Of a stretch of 64,000 nt of DNA, positions 57,539 to 64,000 are shown piece after piece (position 1 is the stretch's first letter; each line of letters begins with the position of its first letter). The stretch lies in the NCBI GenBank assembly GCA_018607725.1, contig JABBAY010000223.1, forward strand, positions 3,367-67,366, written 5' to 3'. Position numbers and translations under genes: made by a program. The notes beneath the pieces are model-generated. The model worked only from the letters and a program-made list of their open reading frames with translations. It ran no database searches and had not been told where the DNA came from. The DNA is from K189A clade bacterium (GTDB lineage: Bacteria; Pseudomonadota; Gammaproteobacteria; Pseudomonadales; Azotimanducaceae).

Positions 57539-57922
57539 CTAGGTGAGATCGACGATGGCATCTATCTCGATCTGCACGTTCTTGGGCAAGGCACTGACCT
57601 CCACCACGGCTCGAGCTGGATAAGGTGCGGTTAACAAAGCTTCCATATAGGTGTTGACCTTGGCGAAATGTGCCAAGTCTGTCAGGAAGATATTGAACTT
57701 GATCGCCTGGTTCAGCGTGGTGCCCGCTGCCTGACAAATCCCGTCGAGATTCTGAAATACCTGGTGAATCTGTTCGCTGATGTCTTCCGAGACCAGCGCC
57801 ATGGTCTCCGGCACCAAGGGTATCTGGCCGCTGATATACAGCACGCCATTGGCGGCGACTGCTTGGGAATAGATGCCGATAGCCGCGGGGGCTGCAGAAG
57901 TGCTGATAAATGCCTTGGCCAT
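57539..57922 (-). CDS. ridA: RidA/YjgF family reactive-intermediate deaminase
   Basis: 127 aa with PAAIGIYSQAV, ISGQIPL and ARAVVEVSALPKNVQIEIDAIV. Confidence 0.9.
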   Translation of the reverse strand: MAKAFISTSAAPAAIGIYSQAVAANGVLYISGQIPLVPETMALVSEDISEQIHQVFQNLDGICQAAGTTLNQAIKFNIFLTDLAHFAKVNTYMEALLTAPYPARAVVEVSALPKNVQIEIDAIVDLT

Positions 57923-57925
57923 AGT

Positions 57926-60037
57926 CTAACTTCTCATTCGAGTAATTTTGGTGACGCCTTTGATGATCCGCAGGCGTTTGATGACTCTTGCCAGATGCAC
58001 GCGGTCGCGAACTGCCAGCACCAGGTTGACAGTGGACAGGTGCGCGTCGCGCTCCATCATGCTGATTCGATCGACATTGGCATCGGCATTGGTGATCGTG
58101 GAGGCGAGCACTGCAATGATGCCCTTCTCATGCTCGAGCTCGACTCGCAGTTCCACAGAAAATTCCTGGCCGACATGCGAGTCCCAGCGGACGCTCATGG
58201 TTTCCTCAGGCTTGTTGCGTAACTCTGACATGTTCCGGCAAACATCCATGTGGATCACAATGCCCTTGCCAGCGCTGATATGGCCGATAATGGGGTCGCC
58301 AGGAATGGGCTTGCAGCACTTTGCATAGGTGACTACCAGCCCTTCTGTCCCCATGATGGGTAAGGGCGTATGGCGAACAGGACCGTCAGCGTTGGTCTCT
58401 GCGGTTGCGGTGATCAAGCGGCTGGCGATAACGGACGCCATCTGGTTACCGAGACCGATAGCTTCCAGTAACTGGTCTAAATAGAGCATATTGCGTTCTT
58501 TGAGGACCGCAAGCAGACGCTCTGGATCAATCGCTTCGATGCTTGTGTTGTACGCCTTTAAGGTTCGCTCGAGCAACCGTCGGCCAAGAGCCATGGATTC
58601 ATTGCTCTGTTGATTCTTGAGGGAATGGCGAATACCGCCACGGGCTTTGCCGGTGATGACAAAGCTTAGCCAGGCCGGATTGGGGTGAGCCCCCGAGGCG
58701 GTAATGATCTCCACAGTCTGGCCACTCTCCAGAGTTGAACTCAGAGGCGCCAGGCGCCGGTCGATGCGGCAGGCCACGCATGTGTTGCCAATGTCGGTGT
58801 GCACCGCGTAGGCGAAATCTATGGGGGTTGAGCCTTGCGCAAGCTCATAGATCTGACCTCGAGGGGTGAAGACATAGACCTCGTCGGGGAATAGGTCGGT
58901 TTTGACATTCTCAATAAATTCCAAAGAGTTACCGGCGCTTTGCTGGATCTCGAGTAGTCCCTTCATCCATTCCCTGGCGCGTTTGTGGCTACCAGAGTTA
59001 TTGTCGTCATTGGCCTTATAGAGCCAGTGTCCGGCGATCCCGTTGTTGGCCACCATCTCCATATCAACGGTTCTGATTTGGATTTCGATAGGCAGGCCAT
59101 GCATACCGAACAATGTTGTGTGCAGTGACTGATAACCATTGGCTTTGGGGATCGCGATATAGTCTTTGAATCGTCCCGCCACCGGTTTATATAGGTTGTG
59201 GACTGAGCCGAGGACGCGATAACAAGTATCCACAGAGTCGACGACAATACGAAAGGCGTAGACATCCATAATCTCGGTAAATGAACGGCGCTTGCTACGC
59301 ATCTTGTCGTAGATGCTATACAGGTGCTTCTCGCGGCCGATGACTTCGGCGGCAATGCCATCTCGCGCCAGACTGGCTTTGATGGACTCAAGGATATTGC
59401 TGACGTATTCCTTGCGATTACCGCGAGCCGTGCGCACCGCCTTCTCGATCATCGATGAACGCAGTGGGTAAAGGGCTTTGAAACCCAGCTCTTCAAACTC
59501 AATGCGCGTGTTATTCATGCCCAGCCGGTTAGCGATTGGCGCATAAATTTCCAGTGTTTCGCGGGCAATACGGCGCTGTTTCTCGCTATTGAGACTTCCG
59601 ATCGTACGCATATTATGTAGGCGATCAGCGAGCTTCACCATGATGACACGAATATCCTTGGCCATGGCCAGGGTCATTTTCTGGAAGTTTTCGGCTTGAG
59701 CTTCGGCCCGTGAATGAAACATACTTTTGAGTTTGCTGACACCGTCTACGAGGTTGGCAACTTCTTCATCAAATTCCTTGCTAATAATATCTTTTGGAAT
59801 GCCAGTGTCTTCGATCACATCATGCAGCAGTGCGGCAATCAGGCACTGATGATCCATATGCATATCGGCGAGAATGGCGGCAACGGCCAGTGGGTGGGTA
59901 ATATATGCCTCACCTGAACGCCTGGCCTGGCCTTCATGGGCGGCTTCGGCGAAGTGATAGGCTTTGCGAACCTGCTGGATCTGCTGGTCGCCGAGATAAG
60001 TCTCAAGGTCTAGGGCAAAGGAGTCGATGGTCAGCAA
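57926..60037 (-). CDS. spoT: bifunctional (p)ppGpp synthetase/hydrolase
   Basis: HD hydrolase domain (HPLAVA...LHDVIEDT), RelA/SpoT synthetase domain (YQSLHTT), then TGS and ACT domains. 703 aa. TTG start. Confidence 0.94.
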   Translation of the reverse strand: MLTIDSFALDLETYLGDQQIQQVRKAYHFAEAAHEGQARRSGEAYITHPLAVAAILADMHMDHQCLIAALLHDVIEDTGIPKDIISKEFDEEVANLVDGVSKLKSMFHSRAEAQAENFQKMTLAMAKDIRVIMVKLADRLHNMRTIGSLNSEKQRRIARETLEIYAPIANRLGMNNTRIEFEELGFKALYPLRSSMIEKAVRTARGNRKEYVSNILESIKASLARDGIAAEVIGREKHLYSIYDKMRSKRRSFTEIMDVYAFRIVVDSVDTCYRVLGSVHNLYKPVAGRFKDYIAIPKANGYQSLHTTLFGMHGLPIEIQIRTVDMEMVANNGIAGHWLYKANDDNNSGSHKRAREWMKGLLEIQQSAGNSLEFIENVKTDLFPDEVYVFTPRGQIYELAQGSTPIDFAYAVHTDIGNTCVACRIDRRLAPLSSTLESGQTVEIITASGAHPNPAWLSFVITGKARGGIRHSLKNQQSNESMALGRRLLERTLKAYNTSIEAIDPERLLAVLKERNMLYLDQLLEAIGLGNQMASVIASRLITATAETNADGPVRHTPLPIMGTEGLVVTYAKCCKPIPGDPIIGHISAGKGIVIHMDVCRNMSELRNKPEETMSVRWDSHVGQEFSVELRVELEHEKGIIAVLASTITNADANVDRISMMERDAHLSTVNLVLAVRDRVHLARVIKRLRIIKGVTKITRMRS

Positions 60038-60205
60038 GGGTGCGGCTCCCTGTTCGTTGGGATCGCCTGGACGCGTGATATCAACGGTGCGCTAGCAGCC
60101 CCGAGGGATGCCATAGATAACGGGAAAAAAGAGACAACGAGCTGGGCAGAGGCTTCTGTCACGAGGCTAGTCAGGTGCCGGAGTCTTGGCTCCGGCAGTG
60201 TTAGT

Positions 60206-60484
60206 CTAGATATCTGTATCGACGGGGGTTTCGAATTCATGGTGTGCAGCGGCTATATCCAATGTCTTGGGTTCGTCCTGCGTGCCCTCTTTGAGTATGC
60301 TTGCATCGATAAAGCCACCCGCAATTTCGCGGAGTGCCAGTACCGTGGGTTTATCATTTTCAATGGGTACCAGGGGATCTTTGCCGCCGGTAGCGATTTG
60401 TCGAGCACGCTTGCTGGATACCATTACCAGTTCAAAGCGGTTATCGACATGTTCCAGACAATCTTCAACGGTCACTCGTGCCAT
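60206..60484 (-). CDS. rpoZ: DNA-directed RNA polymerase omega subunit
   Basis: [29 protein letters not shown]. Confidence 0.96.
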   Translation of the reverse strand: MARVTVEDCLEHVDNRFELVMVSSKRARQIATGGKDPLVPIENDKPTVLALREIAGGFIDASILKEGTQDEPKTLDIAAAHHEFETPVDTDI

Positions 60485-60596
60485 CAGTTTACTCCGAATT
60501 CAACAAAGGCCTTGGGGCCGGTTTACAACGACCGCGCAGTCTACCGAATCCATCATAGCTGCACAATGAGTAATTGTCGCCATTTCCTGACGCACA

Positions 60597-61232
60597 TCAG
60601 ACAAGAAGTGCGGCAATCAAGTCTTGGAAACGCTTTTGTTGCTCGCAAGTCAGTAGGTCAGCAGCCTTGCCGTCCACAATGCGACCTAGGTCTTGCAAAG
60701 CAATACTGAAATCATCGTTGATGATCAAATACTCAAATTCTTGATAGTGAGAGATTTCATTGATTGCTTCATTCATACGGGTCTGGATGATGTGAGGATC
60801 ATCTTGGCCTCGGCCCTGCAGCCTGGCGCGCAGGGCCTCAAGAGACGGTGGCAGTATGAATATATGCGTAGAATCTGGCAATCGCTGCCTTATTTGTTGG
60901 GCACCCTGCCAGTCGATCTCGAGGATGATATTGTGACCCCGGGTGGCGATGCTTTCGACCGCTTGGCGACTAGTGCCATAAAGATTGCCGAACACCTGGG
61001 CAGACTCAATAAAGGCGTCTTGGTTTTGCATCTCGCGAAACGCTTCCGGACTCACGAAATGATAGTCGACGTGATCGACTTCATCGGGTCGCTTGGGCCG
61101 TGTTGTGTGAGAAACCGCGACTTCGATACTCGGCGTCGATTCAATCAGCGCCTTAACCAGGCTGGTTTTGCCTGCGCCGGATGGCGCGGCGACTATAAAT
61201 AACTGGCCTCTGGCGGATGTCTTACTCGTCAC
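60597..61232 (-). CDS. gmk: guanylate kinase
   Basis: APSGAGKTSL P-loop and SHTTRPKRPDEVDHVDYHF. GTG start. Confidence 0.95.
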   Translation of the reverse strand: MTSKTSARGQLFIVAAPSGAGKTSLVKALIESTPSIEVAVSHTTRPKRPDEVDHVDYHFVSPEAFREMQNQDAFIESAQVFGNLYGTSRQAVESIATRGHNIILEIDWQGAQQIRQRLPDSTHIFILPPSLEALRARLQGRGQDDPHIIQTRMNEAINEISHYQEFEYLIINDDFSIALQDLGRIVDGKAADLLTCEQQKRFQDLIAALLV

Positions 61233-61354
61233 GGGTGAACTGCCTCTGATCTGAAGGGCTCAGTGTAATGCAAATTTTTGGCGAATCACTGTAATTTGTT
61301 TGCCAGCAGTCTCACAAGGCCGCCAATACCTGTTGCGGGTGGTCGTTGACGCTA

Positions 61355-62866
61355 TTATTGGCCGACTGGGATTCGTTTACTTTTGACCAGTGCCAAGGTG
61401 ATGGCTTCATGTCGAGCCTGGTCGATGCGATAACCCATATAAAAGAACATACCAAAAAAGGTAAACACCGAAGTCGCGGGTCCGGCGAGAAAGCCAAGCT
61501 GCCAGATGATATCGGCATCCACCTCGCCCATCATCGCGCCCCTTGGGAAGGCGATAAAATCTAACAGGATGCCACCGAGTATCAATCCCATTGAGGCTGT
61601 CGCTTTCACGGCGAAAGCGCGGGCAGCAAAAATAACCCCTTCTCGCCTCTCCCCGACCTCGAGTTCGTGTTCGTCGGTGATATCGGCAAACATGGAGTTC
61701 AAGGTCGCATATAAGGTGACGCCCAGGGCTGAAGTGACCACTGCGCTGAGGATAAGCAGATACAACAACGTACTCGAACCTGGCAGGGGGAACCAGCTGA
61801 CACCCGAGAGGGACAAAATAATCGGTAGGTTGATATTGAGAATGACGAGCAACGCTGAGCCGATCAAGGTGTATTTTTTGTCAAATTTGCGAGTCGCTGC
61901 AGGGATAATGACCATGGAGACTATCAGCCCGACCAAGCTGCCTAAGGGGATGAATTTCAGCTGCTCGGTCGTCATTCCCCAGAAGTGAAATCCCATAAAC
62001 GGATTTAACACACCTTCGACGGCGAGAATAAAGGTGCTGAGCATCATGCCAAAGAATATCGCGCGGAAAGACGCATTGCCGAGGGCCTGACGGACTTCGG
62101 TAAGGAGCTGCTGCAAGCTGAATCGGTGGACGGAAGGGGCCGCAGCTAAGGCGCGCAGGCGTGGAATTTGCCGGGCCGTACCCAGGCAGCAGACGACGAT
62201 GGCAAAGATCATGATGCCGCCAGAAAACAAGGCCCAGGGCGTGTAAGCTGCCTTGTTGAGGAGAGCTGGGTTAAATTCTGCTGTGGTTGGGAAAAACAAC
62301 AGATAGGAGAGTGGCAGGAATATAGCGCCCCCGGTGGCGCCAAATAAGGTGTTAAAGGAATACAGCGTTGATCGCTGGTGATAGTCAGTGGCGAGCTCGG
62401 CGCCTAAGGCCAGGTGCGGGATGTGATAAAAAGTCATCGCGGCGCGCACCAGTACCGCGAAAGTCACCAACCATAGGACATTACCGAGCTCACTGAGTCC
62501 TTGGGGTGGGTTGAAGAGCAGAAAGAAGGTGATGGCCAGGGGGATGGCGGCAAACAAGATAAAGGGATGCCGGCGACCCCAGCGGGAGCGAAATTTATCA
62601 GACAAGCTGCCGGCGATGGGGTCCGTAAAGGCATCGAAGACCAGGGCAATCGCGAGCGCGATACCGGTGCCTGTCGCAGAGACATGCAGTACCTGATTAT
62701 AGTAAAACAGTAAGAAGGTGTTGAAGCCCTGGTTCTTGACGGCTTCAGAGATCTGTCCAAAGCCATAGGCGATCATGGCCGGCAACGACAATTTTTGGTC
62801 TGACAATATCCGCTCCTGGGAATCATCGGAGCCCAATGAAGGGCGCCAAGAGTTAAATAAGACCAC
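61355..62866 (-). CDS. MFS transporter, glycoside-pentoside-hexuronide (MelB-like) type
   Basis: 503 aa with about 12 TM segments and the GPH-like motif DAFTDPIAGSLSDKFRSRWGRRHPF. Confidence 0.75.
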   Translation of the reverse strand: MVLFNSWRPSLGSDDSQERILSDQKLSLPAMIAYGFGQISEAVKNQGFNTFLLFYYNQVLHVSATGTGIALAIALVFDAFTDPIAGSLSDKFRSRWGRRHPFILFAAIPLAITFFLLFNPPQGLSELGNVLWLVTFAVLVRAAMTFYHIPHLALGAELATDYHQRSTLYSFNTLFGATGGAIFLPLSYLLFFPTTAEFNPALLNKAAYTPWALFSGGIMIFAIVVCCLGTARQIPRLRALAAAPSVHRFSLQQLLTEVRQALGNASFRAIFFGMMLSTFILAVEGVLNPFMGFHFWGMTTEQLKFIPLGSLVGLIVSMVIIPAATRKFDKKYTLIGSALLVILNINLPIILSLSGVSWFPLPGSSTLLYLLILSAVVTSALGVTLYATLNSMFADITDEHELEVGERREGVIFAARAFAVKATASMGLILGGILLDFIAFPRGAMMGEVDADIIWQLGFLAGPATSVFTFFGMFFYMGYRIDQARHEAITLALVKSKRIPVGQ

Positions 62867-62932
62867 ACTCTGACCCTGAGCCGCAAATCATTTGGTCGGG
62901 TGGCTTATTGATGGCAGCGGGGCTGCCAGGGC

Positions 62933-63787
62933 TTATTCGATATTCTGAATTTGTTCGCGCATCTGCTCGATGATCACCTTGAGGTCAACAGCCTGAATGG
63001 AGGTATTAGCGGCAACTGCCTTGGATGACAGGGTGTTCGCCTCTCGATTGAGTTCCTGCATCAAAAAGTCTAGCCGGCGGCCGATGGCGCCGGATTCACG
63101 CAACGTGGATCTCACTTCCTCGATATGGGTGTCTAGACGATCCAGCTCCTCGGCGATATCGGATTTCTGGGCAAGATAGACCAATTCTTGTTCCAGACGA
63201 TTGCCGTCGACTTCGAGCTGTAACTCCGTGAGTCTTTCCTCGATGCGTGCCCGTTGCCGCGCGTTAATCACCGGCGCGTCAGCGCGGACGATATCGGTTA
63301 ATTGTTGGAGTTCGGTGAGCTTGTCTTCAATGATGTGCTGTAATTCGCTCCCTTCCCGTGCCCGCATGGCGGTCAGGTCGGCGAGCGCCAGGCCAAACAG
63401 GCGCTTGACTTGTGCAACCAGATTTTCGTCGTCGACTGTGGCGGTTGCCACGATGCCCGGAAACTTGAGAATATCGAGTGAATTCAGCGCTGAGTTGGCT
63501 CCCATGATACGGCTGATTTCGTCAAGCGCACTGCGGAGCTTGTGGACTTGCGCTTCATTAATAGCAAGGTCGCCCGATTCGGTGCCTTCCGTATTGATCT
63601 TGAGCAGGCAGTCGACCTTGCCGCGAAACAGACTTTGTTTGAGCAGATTGCGCAGGTCGCCCTCGAGGGCGCGCAAATTATCAGGAACCTTGAAGCTGTG
63701 GTCCAAATATCGGTGATTCACCGATCGAATTTCCCAGACAATACTGTTGGCCTCACGTCGAGCAAAGGCGGTCATGCTTTGAGTCAT
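62933..63787 (-). CDS. yicC: YicC-family stress-induced protein
   Basis: MTQSMTAFARRE...WEIRSVNHRYLD N-terminus and EMLREQIQNIE-type C-terminus. I chose the start at 63787 (284 aa) rather than the ORF-track start at 63952. Confidence 0.88.
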   Translation of the reverse strand: MTQSMTAFARREANSIVWEIRSVNHRYLDHSFKVPDNLRALEGDLRNLLKQSLFRGKVDCLLKINTEGTESGDLAINEAQVHKLRSALDEISRIMGANSALNSLDILKFPGIVATATVDDENLVAQVKRLFGLALADLTAMRAREGSELQHIIEDKLTELQQLTDIVRADAPVINARQRARIEERLTELQLEVDGNRLEQELVYLAQKSDIAEELDRLDTHIEEVRSTLRESGAIGRRLDFLMQELNREANTLSSKAVAANTSIQAVDLKVIIEQMREQIQNIE

Positions 63788-63872
63788 AATGAATAATGCC
63801 TGCAAGTGCTTATTAGTGGCTGACCAGTATAATGGAGTTTCATGCATAGATGATTGTTTATAGGAAATACCC

Positions 63873-64000
63873 ATGACGACTGACTCTGTACAACGGCCTG
63901 CTGGCCGTGCGCTGGATGCCTTGCGCCCCGTGACCATTGAGCGCGGCATCAATAAACATGCGGAGGGCTCGGTCTTGATTGCCTTTGGTGATACTCGAGT
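63873..64000 (+). CDS. rph: ribonuclease PH, N-terminal fragment running off the window
   Basis: Hand translation gives [43 protein letters not shown], which matches the RNase PH N-terminus (RPAGR...RPV...HAEGSVL..FGDT.V). Divergent from yicC, as in other gammaproteobacteria. Confidence 0.88.
   Translation, partial: MTTDSVQRPAGRALDALRPVTIERGINKHAEGSVLIAFGDTR

Noticed and set aside
61602-61618. GCTTTCACGGCGAAAGC palindrome, plus parS half-sites elsewhere (for example CGTGAAACA near 53380 and GTGAAACA near 43855).
   Set aside because: They share only a half-site with parS, or contain an extra base in the core. Each has five or more mismatches to the 16-mer consensus, so they are probably chance matches within coding sequence.

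Overview
This window is the replication-origin region of a gammaproteobacterial chromosome, about 50% GC by eye, with Pseudomonas-like gene order. Almost all of it is densely packed core housekeeping genes. On the left arm, mostly on the minus strand, are coxB, yheV-prlC-aroE-tsaC-purE-dprA, a LysM protein, def-fmt-rsmB-trkA-trkH, an lpxL-family gene, tag, glyQS, gmhB and gyrB-recF-dnaN-dnaA. A candidate oriC lies in the dnaA/rpmH intergenic region. On the right arm are rpmH-rnpA-yidD-yidC-mnmE-mnmG-rsmG-parAB, the full atpIBEFHAGDC operon, glmUS and uvrD. A more accessory-looking stretch follows: a TRAP transporter, a CYP153-type P450, ubiA, a rubredoxin and a DAACS symporter. The window ends with recG-ridA-spoT-rpoZ-gmk, an MFS symporter, yicC and the start of rph. 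I saw no rRNA, tRNA, CRISPR, transposase or integrase. The most unusual feature is a second, strongly diverged full-length beta sliding-clamp gene (dnaN paralogue) between dnaA and the canonical dnaN, inside the normally invariant dnaA-dnaN-recF-gyrB cluster. By eye it carries substitutions at clamp-binding-pocket positions. Other points worth a second look: two near-consensus parS palindromes inside recF; an oriC with three DnaA boxes at 11-bp spacing plus two perfect convergent boxes and a 17% GC stretch; an orphan CYP153 P450 with no ferredoxin or reductase partners nearby; and three real small genes that the ORF track misses or hides (rpmH, rubredoxin, yheV). All calls come from reading the translations and sequence by eye. 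No database search or computed statistic was available.
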